Source: a virus
Reading direction: 5' to 3' (one strand)
Length of the DNA stretch: 64,000 bases
Virus record (IMG/VR): IMGVR_UViG_3300024265_000031
Position 1 is the first letter of the stretch. Each line of letters begins with the position of its first letter. A program made the position numbers and the translations under genes. The notes below the pieces were generated by a model, which was given only the letters and a program-made list of their open reading frames with translations, did no database searches and was not told the origin of the DNA. Of the stretch, positions 1 through 9,197 are shown piece after piece.

Positions 1-1117
1 CGCCAGGACTTTCAGTGGTTCCAGCAAATAATCCTCCCAACATTACTGTAGAGGCTCCTGCGGCTAAAGCTTTAGTTATATCGCCAGAATATCTTATACC
101 CCCATCAGCAATTATGTGCTTATTCAATCTTGTAGCAGCCTTTGAACATTTCATAACTGCTGTTAACTGAGGCACTCCTACACCAGCCACAATTCTTGTC
201 GTACAGGAAGCCCCAGGGCCAATTCCAACTTTTACTGTGTCTGCTCCCGCGTCTAATAAATCATTTACTCCACTGGCTGTAGCAACATTTCCACCAACAA
301 TATCCACATGTGGAAATTTTGTTCTAATCTGTCTTATTGTTTTCAGAACAATTTCATTATGACCATGTGCCACATCCACTACAATTGCATCAGCGCCAGC
401 TTCTACAATGGCCTCTACTCTTGCCATATAGTCGCCAATTACACCAACAGATGCACCAACTTTGTATCTTTCATGTTCATCAACAGTAGAATTAGGATAT
501 TTTTCAGAATTCTCTAAAGACTTTGCCGTAATAAGTTTTATAAATTTATAATACATTTGCCTTTCACTTATTATGGGTAATTTTTCAACTTTATGCATTT
601 TGAAAAATTCTTTTGCCTCATCTTTGGTTGGAATGTCCGTCAAATAAAAAATGTTTGACATTGGTGTCATTAGTTCAAGCGCAGTCTTAGACAAATCTGT
701 TTCATAAACATAATCTCTTTTAGAAACAATACCCAAAAAACTATTTTGTGTGTCTACAACAACAAATCCCGTCTTATCAGAATAGCTAATTAATTCCTTC
801 ATTTCTGCAAGAGTAACTAAAGGCAAAATCTTTTGTGGATCCTCAATCGTATGTCCAGCATAATTTTTCACTCTTTTAATATGCCAGACCTCTTCTTCAA
901 TAGACATAAACCTGTGAATAAATCCAATGCCACCAGTCTGAGCCATAGCAATAGCCATGTTTGACTCTGTTACAGTTGCCATATTTGCAGAAATCAATGG
1001 TATATTCAAAACTATTTTTTCTGTAAGATTTGTAGCCAGGGATACATTAGATCTACTATCAATAAATGATCGTTTAGGAACTAGAAGCACATCGTCAAAT
1101 GTCAAACCTTTTATCAT
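1..1117 (-). CDS. guaB: IMP dehydrogenase with CBS domains (3' end beyond window)
   Basis: Not in the ORF track because it runs off the window. Manual translation from ATG at 1117 gives [14 protein letters not shown]...[13 protein letters not shown]...GGIGFIHRF and the catalytic loop [23 protein letters not shown]. Confidence 0.92.
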   Translation of the reverse strand, partial: MIKGLTFDDVLLVPKRSFIDSRSNVSLATNLTEKIVLNIPLISANMATVTESNMAIAMAQTGGIGFIHRFMSIEEEVWHIKRVKNYAGHTIEDPQKILPLVTLAEMKELISYSDKTGFVVVDTQNSFLGIVSKRDYVYETDLSKTALELMTPMSNIFYLTDIPTKDEAKEFFKMHKVEKLPIISERQMYYKFIKLITAKSLENSEKYPNSTVDEHERYKVGASVGVIGDYMARVEAIVEAGADAIVVDVAHGHNEIVLKTIRQIRTKFPHVDIVGGNVATASGVNDLLDAGADTVKVGIGPGASCTTRIVAGVGVPQLTAVMKCSKAATRLNKHIIADGGIRYSGDITKALAAGASTVMLGGLFAGTTESPG

Positions 1118-2188
1118 TTAGATAAACCTTGCAAGATTTTTCTCAATAGTTTCCCAATCAATGATTCCACCAGTTCTGTCAATGATGGAATCGTAAGATT
1201 TGCCCGTATTCAATATTGTAATTGGTAGATTAGTTAACATTTCAATCTTATCAATTAGATGGTGTATCTTGGGCGTAATTTGATTGGCATTTGTAGTATT
1301 ATTTATATTGATATCATAGTGCTCACAAAATGTAAGTGCAATTTGTGTTGCGCCATTAACTTCAACCGCATACAACAACTGTTCAAAATCAATCCCAGAT
1401 GCCTTACGCCTGGTTTTGCCATAAATTGAACTAGGTTCTGCAAAGCCCATAGAATCCAATTGATCATATTGAAGCTCTGGTACATCTCCCATATTGCCAG
1501 CACCCTCCCTGGATGGCAATGCCTTTACCACCAAAACAACTTCTTTCAAATTTTGCCAATTCAAAAGCACATCATCTGCCGCAGCCATAGCTGTAACATT
1601 GTCTGAGGTTACGTTAGGGTAGTCACCTATAGACAGCGAAAGAAATGTTCCTTGAGAGGATTCAATCATTACAACACCTTCTTTAGAACCTTGATTGATT
1701 TCTCCGCTAACCTCAGTCAAAAATTCCTGAAGCACTTCAATATCTTTAGCTTGTTGAACTTTACGAAGAGCAAGATCAGCCCTACAATATCCAGTTCCAC
1801 TCATTGTGGATCCAATATTGTTCATATCTTTACTGTCATATTCTGCTTGAATGTGTTCTGGGGTAATGATTGGACAATGCCTGTCTATTTTTACACGTTC
1901 TCTTAGGTTATACCTATCCATTTCGGCAAACAATTTTACAGGATCTACAGCAACACCACTGCCGATTCTAATTTGTGTTTCAGGATTGAATATCCATCCT
2001 AAAGGAAGTTGGTTTGCTTTGAGATAGGTTGTTTCATTTTGCATAAAGATGCCATGCTCTGCATTAGCGCCAGTTCCAGCACGACATACCAATTTAGAAT
2101 TTTCTCTTACACTGAGATATGCATCAATCAACCCCTTTCCCTCATCTCCCCACTGCGCCCCAACGACAATCCATGCTCCTCTATTCAA
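1118..2188 (-). CDS. purA: Adenylosuccinate synthetase family protein, short (archaeal/PurZ-clade-like) form, divergent
   Basis: GAQWGDEGKG P-loop, IGSTMSGTG, ESSQG..LSL..G.YPNVTS; 356 aa. Confidence 0.8.
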   Translation of the reverse strand: MNRGAWIVVGAQWGDEGKGLIDAYLSVRENSKLVCRAGTGANAEHGIFMQNETTYLKANQLPLGWIFNPETQIRIGSGVAVDPVKLFAEMDRYNLRERVKIDRHCPIITPEHIQAEYDSKDMNNIGSTMSGTGYCRADLALRKVQQAKDIEVLQEFLTEVSGEINQGSKEGVVMIESSQGTFLSLSIGDYPNVTSDNVTAMAAADDVLLNWQNLKEVVLVVKALPSREGAGNMGDVPELQYDQLDSMGFAEPSSIYGKTRRKASGIDFEQLLYAVEVNGATQIALTFCEHYDININNTTNANQITPKIHHLIDKIEMLTNLPITILNTGKSYDSIIDRTGGIIDWETIEKNLARFI

Positions 2189-2240
2189 TACTGTTCTCCT
2201 TTTTGTTTTTTATTTTCTCAGATAAAACATCTATTTTATC

Positions 2241-3221
2241 TTAGATTCGATATAATGGGCATTCTCTATTATTACTCCAAAGCCTATTTCGCCATTCTTT
2301 CATCTCTGAAGATAACCAAATATTGTTCAAGAAATCAATATCTCCTAAAAGATTTAGTTTGAATGTATTGTTTTCAGTAAATGAACAAGGGGAAACGTAT
2401 GCATCAACATTGATATAGATAGAAAACAATCCAGACTCGCAAGGTTCTGCATATATTTGAGCCATTGCTTCATGCTGTGTTCCCCTTACTGCATTCATAT
2501 ATTTATGAGCAGAACAAGAATCGAATCCCAGTGGAATATCCCATATTGCAGCCTTTTCAATAAGATTGTTGAATTCTTTTTGATTAAGTTGTGTATATTT
2601 ACTACCCCTTCCACATTTTTTCAAAGACAATAAAACAATTGCATTTATTTTTTTCTTTCTGCTATCTTCTATTTGTAGAAAATCATAGAGATTACTCAGC
2701 GTTTCTTTTGCAAGCATATAATGTACGTTCACTTGATTCAATCCCGCATCAGACAACATTTCAACAGCATTCAAACATACTGTATGATCATAATTGCTTA
2801 CAGCAATAGCTCCACAAAGATTAGCAAGATCTTTCGCTATCTTTGGCACTATCTGATATCCGTTGATAGTCAAATTAGGAACAACATTGTTCTCCCTGCA
2901 GTAATTAAAAATTTTTAACATATCTGGATTGCTATCAAGATCTCCTATTCCAAAAGCAATTTGAGTTATGGTGTCTGGCAATTTGACAAACACTTTTTGA
3001 AAAGTTTCTAGTGTCATATATCTGCCATATATTGTATTTGATTTATAACAGAATGAACATCCTTTATGACATATAGTAGAGATTTCAATATCTGCTATCT
3101 CTGGCCCTAACTCACACCATTGAGGATCTTCTTCTAATGTTTTACCCCATCGTGCCATAAACCCAGTTATTGGATTGAATATCATATTGTAATTTTTCGT
3201 GTGTATTTGTTTTGTTTTCAT
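2241..3221 (-). CDS. Radical SAM enzyme with C-terminal SPASM/twitch-like domain
   Basis: CHKGCSFCY (CxxxCxxC) motif; C-terminal PCESGLFSIYINVDAYVSPCSF...ECP. Confidence 0.9.
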   Translation of the reverse strand: MKTKQIHTKNYNMIFNPITGFMARWGKTLEEDPQWCELGPEIADIEISTICHKGCSFCYKSNTIYGRYMTLETFQKVFVKLPDTITQIAFGIGDLDSNPDMLKIFNYCRENNVVPNLTINGYQIVPKIAKDLANLCGAIAVSNYDHTVCLNAVEMLSDAGLNQVNVHYMLAKETLSNLYDFLQIEDSRKKKINAIVLLSLKKCGRGSKYTQLNQKEFNNLIEKAAIWDIPLGFDSCSAHKYMNAVRGTQHEAMAQIYAEPCESGLFSIYINVDAYVSPCSFTENNTFKLNLLGDIDFLNNIWLSSEMKEWRNRLWSNNRECPLYRI

Positions 3222-3226
3222 TTGTA

Positions 3227-3637
3227 TTATTCGCCCACGATTATATTGAATGTTTCCTCATTGTTCATGACGTTTAGAAAATTAATAAATGATTCATCAT
3301 GATAATCTATGTCTGCTTGCAAAATAATAAATCCTTCTTCTATTTTGGACTTGCATTTTTTATATGTCTTTCTATAATATTCTTCATCATCCAATATTTT
3401 TTCTAGGGTGTCAAACTTTCCCCAACAATGCTCATCAACAAAATATTTGTCTAGCTCTTTGACAGTTTTAATTTGTTCCATTTGATTAGACAATGCACTT
3501 AAGAATGTATCAGTAAAGGTCTTTAAAAATGGATATTTTTCTAGGGTTTCTTTATCAAATATCTCTGAAGATATTTTGGATGCAATCATGTAAGAGGAGG
3601 TAGAACTATTACTTACAAATCCTTGTCTAATTTTCAT
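3227..3637 (-). CDS. MKIRxGFVSNSSSSS-motif protein 4
   Basis: N-terminus MKIRQGFVSNSSTSSY. Confidence 0.85.
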   Translation of the reverse strand: MKIRQGFVSNSSTSSYMIASKISSEIFDKETLEKYPFLKTFTDTFLSALSNQMEQIKTVKELDKYFVDEHCWGKFDTLEKILDDEEYYRKTYKKCKSKIEEGFIILQADIDYHDESFINFLNVMNNEETFNIIVGE

Positions 3638-4107
3638 CCATCCCTCCAGCCCTCTTCATAATATGAAACATCTGAAACATCAAAATCTATATTGAATTGT
3701 TTTTTAATTTCTTCAACAACAATTTGGGGAATTTCTGAAATCTTTCTGTCTGGATATTCTTTTAAAAATGTTTCTGGCATAATGCCAACAAATCTTTCAT
3801 AGTCCCACGGCCCACCCTCTGTCAGATTACCTTTATTTTTTACTTCTTCATCGAATTCATTTTGAGCATATTCAATCTTTTCATCATTTGTTTCACATTG
3901 TTTTAATTCTGCGATATATTCTGGAAATCTTTTTTGCACATAGTCATTGTCAATTTCTTTGGATAATCTTTCTTCATATTCGCTTAATGCATCTTGAAAA
4001 ATTTTTAACCATACATTATCACTGATTTCTATTCTCTCAGATGAAACACCCCATGCCGCAAAACTACTTGTGCTACTGTTGGATACAAATCCATTTCGTA
4101 TTTTCAT
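3634..4107 (-). CDS. MKIRxGFVSNSSSSS-motif protein 3
   Basis: Start re-assigned to ATG at 4107; MKIRNGFVSNSSTSSF. Confidence 0.85.
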   Translation of the reverse strand: MKIRNGFVSNSSTSSFAAWGVSSERIEISDNVWLKIFQDALSEYEERLSKEIDNDYVQKRFPEYIAELKQCETNDEKIEYAQNEFDEEVKNKGNLTEGGPWDYERFVGIMPETFLKEYPDRKISEIPQIVVEEIKKQFNIDFDVSDVSYYEEGWRDG

Positions 4108-4108
4108 T

Positions 4109-4408
4109 TTATGAACTCCATTCCACACAATCCATATTGACACCTATTTTTTCTAAAAATAATTCCATATTGAAATTATCCATGAACACATTGCCCTCAA
4201 TCTTTCTAGAGGTTTCAGAAATATTCCAATTAAAATTGAGATTTCGATAATCGACATCGGGGTGAATTCCACATTCCGACCCAAATAATAAATCATCAAT
4301 TTCAATATGTTTTCTTATGAGTTGTAATTGAATATCAGTAAGCTTATTCTTACTAAGAACAAAACTTGAACTACTACTGTTACTTACAAAACCATTTCTA
4401 ATTTTCAT
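4109..4408 (-). CDS. MKIRxGFVSNSSSSS-motif protein 2
   Basis: MKIRNGFVSNSSSSSF. Confidence 0.85.
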   Translation of the reverse strand: MKIRNGFVSNSSSSSFVLSKNKLTDIQLQLIRKHIEIDDLLFGSECGIHPDVDYRNLNFNWNISETSRKIEGNVFMDNFNMELFLEKIGVNMDCVEWSS

Positions 4409-4417
4409 TTTATTTTC

Positions 4418-4918
4418 CTAATGTTTGCTTATTCTTATGTGTGGCAAATTTCTGAATATATTTCCATGTTCAAGAAAGCATTCATATTGTCCACCATTAT
4501 CACTATACTCAAATAGAGATATGAAACAACCATTATTATCTTGTACAAATTTTCTAAAAAATTCGGAATTTTTAATGGCTTCTAAAGTTGCTTTGTTATA
4601 CCCTTCCCAATCGTAGTCTCCATCTTCAACAAAGTCTTCATAGTCTGGAAGTTCGCCATCAATTTCATAAACAGTTCCACAGCTTAGTTCTTTAATAATT
4701 TCCGATTCACTTATTGAGATTTTTGATATATCCATAAAGATTTTTTCTGAAATTTCTTCTGTAGTATAAGAAGATGTGTCTACATAAGGATGATTTAACC
4801 TTTCTTCTCCATCATACATAAGCTCTTTTGTTTTCTCAACCGACAATGGCTTATTAGGAAAGGCTACTACAAAACTGCTACTTGAACTATTGCTTACAAA
4901 TCCGTTTCTAATTTTCAT
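4418..4918 (-). CDS. MKIRxGFVSNSSSSS-motif protein 1
   Basis: Start re-assigned to ATG at 4918 (AGGAGA RBS); MKIRNGFVSNSSSSSF. Confidence 0.85.
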   Translation of the reverse strand: MKIRNGFVSNSSSSSFVVAFPNKPLSVEKTKELMYDGEERLNHPYVDTSSYTTEEISEKIFMDISKISISESEIIKELSCGTVYEIDGELPDYEDFVEDGDYDWEGYNKATLEAIKNSEFFRKFVQDNNGCFISLFEYSDNGGQYECFLEHGNIFRNLPHIRISKH

Positions 4919-4936
4919 GTATTCTCCTTGTATAAT

Positions 4937-4965
4937 ATCATACCATACTTTTTCAGTCTTGTCAA
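4937..4965 (-). promoter_or_regulatory. sigma70-type promoter for the MKIR/radical SAM operon
   Basis: TTGACA-17nt-TATGAT with TG extension on the minus strand. Confidence 0.8.
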
Positions 4966-4980
4966 GATAAAACCTAGATT

Positions 4981-5235
4981 TTATATTATAAATGGTGGGA
5001 TTTCTAACCACCAAACATCATTGTATTTATTATAATCGATATCTTTGAGATCATATCCAAATGTAGAACTTCCAGACCATGCCTTTTCCATTACATATAT
5101 CATTCCATCAAGTTCTCTACAAGCGTATTTGCCCATCAACAATCTAATGATTGTACGAATTAAAAATGGTTTCTCTAAATACGCCCTTACAAAATCAGTG
5201 GCCCATCCTGAAAGAACAATACATTCACTTATCAT
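4981..5235 (-). CDS. hypothetical protein
   Basis: Probable ATG at 5235 (MISECIV...); stop TAA lies inside the palindrome at 4967-4984. Confidence 0.55.
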   Translation of the reverse strand: MISECIVLSGWATDFVRAYLEKPFLIRTIIRLLMGKYACRELDGMIYVMEKAWSGSSTFGYDLKDIDYNKYNDVWWLEIPPFII

Positions 5236-6124
5236 GCGGGTTTTTAGTAAAAGTCCTTTCCAATGTGGGAACCCCACAAATTTTTTCCCAAACACCAGGA
5301 CTGAATGGGTATTTGTTGCTAGATTCCTCTTTGAAACGCCTTTCTATTCCATATGCCTTATGCTCTTCATATCCATGTCCCCTACCAATGTCTGCAGGAT
5401 TATTTATAATGTACAACAATCCTTTGGTTTTTAGCAATCTTGCAAACTCGTCTACGTAGAAGTCAAACGATGGCTTTGTCATTTCTTGGAACGAATGTAG
5501 ATTTATTCCAAGATCAAAAGATTCTTTTTTGAGTTTCCCAATATTCCAAGCTGGTAATGATACAAAATTGTAATCATTAAAATTGGTTGTCTTATTCAAT
5601 ATACCAGCCACCTTTAGATTAGGGAATGCTTGTTTCATAACTTGTGGTGCAAATGTAAGAGATGAAGGCACATAGTCCACAGAAACATAGTGACACTTCT
5701 TACCAAAAAACTTTAGGAAGAACATTGCCATACGTCCGTAGCCACCACCAACTTCAACCACTCTAATACTTTTCATATTTTCAAAATTAATCTTTTGTGA
5801 TTTGAAAAACTTTTCAATTTTGTAGAATTGATAAAGTCCTGTTTGAACATCCAAAGTGTCTACATTTCTAAAATGTTCTGCCATACTGTGCTTATCAATT
5901 TGGTTAGATTTTTCTTTAGTCTTTTCAGGATATCCATTTCCTAGCCAAGAAAGTGATTCAAACTTTCCTCCGTTATTTATAACAGATTTAAGATTCAGTT
6001 TTGAATCTTTTTCCCAATGATGATGCAATTTACACCCGTCATTATTCTGCCAATTTTTTGCAACAAGTTTTTCCACCCTATTGAATTGTTTTGGATCTAA
6101 TTTAATTTTTGAAAAATCTATCAT
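5225..6124 (-). CDS. Class I SAM-dependent methyltransferase, putative sugar O-methyltransferase
   Basis: VVEVGGGYGR motif I; INLHSFQEM. Confidence 0.75.
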   Translation of the reverse strand: MIDFSKIKLDPKQFNRVEKLVAKNWQNNDGCKLHHHWEKDSKLNLKSVINNGGKFESLSWLGNGYPEKTKEKSNQIDKHSMAEHFRNVDTLDVQTGLYQFYKIEKFFKSQKINFENMKSIRVVEVGGGYGRMAMFFLKFFGKKCHYVSVDYVPSSLTFAPQVMKQAFPNLKVAGILNKTTNFNDYNFVSLPAWNIGKLKKESFDLGINLHSFQEMTKPSFDFYVDEFARLLKTKGLLYIINNPADIGRGHGYEEHKAYGIERRFKEESSNKYPFSPGVWEKICGVPTLERTFTKNPHDK

Positions 6125-6291
6125 ACTTCTTATTCCTCCTTTTTATTTCCAACCATAGATTGTGCCATTTTTGCAAAAAGCTCTCGCTTCTTTCTCAATT
6201 GTTGTGCTTTTTGTTTGAGTTGTTCGCCTTCCAACCCATATGTTTTTCTTACATATCTGGTGAACTCATCTTCTTTATTATTCATAAAATC

Positions 6292-6837
6292 CTATTTTAT
6301 TACCTTTTCATATATAATATCATTTGGAAAATTTAATCCAAATGTAAACCATGCAGTATCAAACCATGCACCTTTTGTTTGTATACCATCTACTATAAAA
6401 CTTATACGCTTATCTAATAATACTAGTTGTAACCAATTGTCTTGAAATATCTTTTGTCTCTTGGCTGTAGATAATGAGGATAGATTCATAAGGAAACAAA
6501 ATGGTTTTCCAAAACTTGCTGCTCTTTCTAAGAATTCAGTTTTCAAAGAGAATGGAGGATTGGTCACAATAATATCCCAATGAAATTCTGGTTTTATTTC
6601 GAAAAAATCTTGTTCCCATTTATAACAGATATCTGTTCCTATGGCTTGATATCCCATATTCCTAGCACAAGATATAATTTTTAACTCTCCGCATCCAGGA
6701 TCCCAAATCACCCAATCTTTAGGAATGTATTTCAAGATTATATTTGTAGCATAATCTGGAGTTTGATAATTATCTTGTTTCAGTTTTTTTGCGTTTGTTT
6801 TTCTGTTCAACCTACTGTATTCATTGTGTTCATTCAT
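6292..6837 (-). CDS. Phage N6-adenine DNA methyltransferase
   Basis: IWDPGCG (motif I), IVTNPPFS (motif IV). Confidence 0.8.
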   Translation of the reverse strand: MNEHNEYSRLNRKTNAKKLKQDNYQTPDYATNIILKYIPKDWVIWDPGCGELKIISCARNMGYQAIGTDICYKWEQDFFEIKPEFHWDIIVTNPPFSLKTEFLERAASFGKPFCFLMNLSSLSTAKRQKIFQDNWLQLVLLDKRISFIVDGIQTKGAWFDTAWFTFGLNFPNDIIYEKVIK

Positions 6838-6849
6838 AGTTTTCTCCTT

Positions 6850-6925
6850 GAAGCAGGTAAAAGATTCGAACTTTTTACTAGTGGTTCAAAGCCACTTATG
6901 TTAAGCCAATTACACCAACCTGCCA
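6850..6925 (-). tRNA. tRNA-Gln(TTG)
   Basis: Anticodon arm AGTGG-CT-TTG-AA-CCACT; GTTCGAATC T-loop. Confidence 0.85.
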
Positions 6926-6928
6926 CAA

Positions 6929-7000
6929 TACTCCCACAGAGAATTGAACTCTGATCTGGACATTGAAAGTGTCCAATCCTGACCATTAGACGATGGGAGT
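6929..7000 (-). tRNA. tRNA-Glu(TTC)
   Basis: GGACA-CT-TTC-AA-TGTCC; cloverleaf. Confidence 0.9.
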
Positions 7001-7028
7001 ATTTTATCAACACTATATTGTTACTAAA

Positions 7029-7103
7029 TCTGGATGGGAAGATTTGAACTTCCGATTTCGCGCGTCCAAGGCGCGTATCTTAGCCTGACTCGATTACATC
7101 CAG
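7029..7103 (-). tRNA. tRNA-Pro(TGG)
   Basis: CGCGC-CT-TGG-AC-GCGCG. Confidence 0.9.
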
Positions 7104-7104
7104 T

Positions 7105-7300
7105 TATTCTGGCTTTCCACCAGATTGACAGTGTTATCATGAATTACTGTTTGTTGTCTTTTTCCAACTGTCAGGTTTAGTCAACAACTTTCCTTTGTCA
7201 CAGGCTCCTACATTTTTACTCAGGGACATATTATTGTTTGAGATTTACTGTCGATTTCATCTGTGTGTTTACCAAGCGAGACAAATACTTGGTCAGCCTT
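7105..7300 (-). ncRNA. Putative structured RNA between tRNA-Tyr and tRNA-Pro
   Basis: About 195 nt with no ORF of 60 aa or more, several complementary stems (ACCAAG/CTTGGT, GACAGT/ACTGTC, CTGG-TGGAAAG-CCAG). Confidence 0.45.
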
Positions 7301-7301
7301 G

Positions 7302-7383
7302 TGGATGCGAAAGGGCTCGAACCTATAATGCTTTACGCGCCTGATTTACAGTCAGGTTCCTTATCCATTTTGGATACACATCC
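7302..7383 (-). tRNA. tRNA-Tyr(GTA)
   Basis: CCTGA-CT-GTA-AA-TCAGG; long variable arm. Confidence 0.9.
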
Positions 7384-7390
7384 ATATCTG

Positions 7391-7477
7391 CGGAGAATGC
7401 TAGGATCGAACTAGCGCACCCAATTACGGATGACCTCAATTTAGCAAATTGGTGCTTTGCCACTCAGCCAATTCTCC
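7391..7477 (-). tRNA. tRNA-Ser(GCT)
   Basis: CAAT-TT-GCT-AA-ATTG; long variable arm. Confidence 0.88.
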
Positions 7478-7478
7478 A

Positions 7479-7565
7479 AGGAAGGTGGTGGGATTGAACC
7501 ACCGCACCCCGTTAAGGATGTCATCAGTTTTCAAGACTGCAGCATTACCACTCTGCCAACCTTCC
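7479..7565 (-). tRNA. tRNA-Ser(TGA)
   Basis: CAGT-CT-TGA-AA-ACTG; long variable arm. Confidence 0.88.
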
Positions 7566-9042
7566 AATAAATTGTTAAGGTGCTTTTCTAAATGTTATAA
7601 AAAATAAAAAATTTATACCCCAATATGTTTCCATGTGATGCCGTCTTGATGGGCTTATTGCAAATGAAAACAAAGAATGTTTTCCTAGTCTTAGAATATA
7701 TATTCGAAAAACTCCATATTCATAATTTATACTAAATAAATCAAAATTAAATGTTTTCAAATAAAATCTCCGTTTTATTCAATCACCAAGATATTTCTAT
7801 TGTTTCCATACTTTTTTTATATGATTCCTTAATAGCGGCTTGATATCCATGGTAAGCTAACCATTTAAGAATATCAATGGCATGCTTTTCATTCACAAGA
7901 ATATCAATACCACAATTTCCATTCTGGCATTTTTTTGTTATCTCTTGTGTAATCCTGTGTTTATATTTTTTTAAAACATCTTCAGATTCAATAATCTCGC
8001 GTGCTTCTTTTGCCATAATTAAATTATTCATATATTTTCTCCAGATAAAAATTCGTTTTATTCAAAACAATGGGCGGTGCAGGTATTATAATTTTACCAC
8101 ATCCCATACACCTTATAGCCACAGCAACAACCATAAACATAAATCCTTCTACTGTATGTCCACTATCTTTATTGCAATGGCGGCAAACAATAGGTGTTGA
8201 TTTTGATTGATATCCATATTGATTTTTATTGATTTGTAATTCCATTTTATTCTCCAGATAAAATATTCGTTTTATTCTGTTTTTATTTGATCTATTGCAC
8301 TACATAATTTCACAAACATATCACGAATCTCATAAATATCTTCAATACTATTTATAGCAAAAAGACAATCATTAAATTCTGATAATATTAAGTTTTCGCG
8401 TAAACGCAATTCTTTATTTTGTGTAACTTCAATATCTCCTCGAAGAGCAAATACTCGATTCCAATGATCACTAATAATATTCACATGTTTTATATGTACA
8501 TCTGTTATATTCAAAACATCAAGATCTATTTTTTCCATTTTATATTTTCCTTATTTCCAAATAAAAATTTGTTTTATTCGTAATACCAGCTTATTTGTAG
8601 TTTAATGGCATTACTTTCACAAGACACACTTCCACAATCTCTAGCACCATATTTTAACTTAACAAGATGCGATAAAATTCTTGAAACATTTTTTTGATGA
8701 ACACAAACATCAATTGAATATTCTCCATTTTGACAAGCTGTTGTAATAGCAGAGCTAACAATATTGAAATCTTTTTGAAAATCTTCATTTATTGCTGTAG
8801 CAATTTCTTGTGCTTGTTTTGCATTTATCATTTTTGTTTCCTTTATTTCTCTTTGGTGTTGTATAACTTGATCAAGAACTATTGTAGTAATAAGTTCGGG
8901 ATTTCTTTTTCCTAAATTTATAGCAGCACCAAGCCTTCTTGGTTCAAATACATCGATATGTAACCAATAAAAATCTTCTTGATCTCTGGAAATTTTTAAT
9001 TTATCCATTTTTTCTCCAAGATAAAACCTTCGTTTCATTTGA

Positions 9043-9119
9043 TGGGGTGACTGAGGAGATTTGAACTCCCAACTTCTGCATTCACAGTGCAGCGTTCCGC
9101 CAATTGAACTACAGCCACC
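9043..9119 (-). tRNA. tRNA-His(GTG)
   Basis: CTGCA-CT-GTG-AA-TGCAG; G-1 and encoded CCA. Confidence 0.92.
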
Positions 9120-9168
9120 AGGCGATGGTTGGTATCGAATCTAGATTCGTCACCATGCCATCATCTTT

Positions 9169-9197
9169 ATCTTACCACAAATATCATTGTTTGTCAA
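9169..9197 (-). promoter_or_regulatory. sigma70-type promoter upstream of tRNA-His
   Basis: TTGACA-17-TAAGAT, TGTGG extended -10. Confidence 0.7.

Noticed and set aside
1118-2188. PurZ / Z-genome call
   Set aside because: The P-loop Asp (GDEGKG) is retained and no dATPase or MazZ-type partner is recognisable in the window
9121-9163. Second mini-tRNA upstream of tRNA-His
   Set aside because: Forms a simple hairpin (GATGG/CCATC, CGAATC/GATTCG), but the TTCGA loop lacks a paired T-stem
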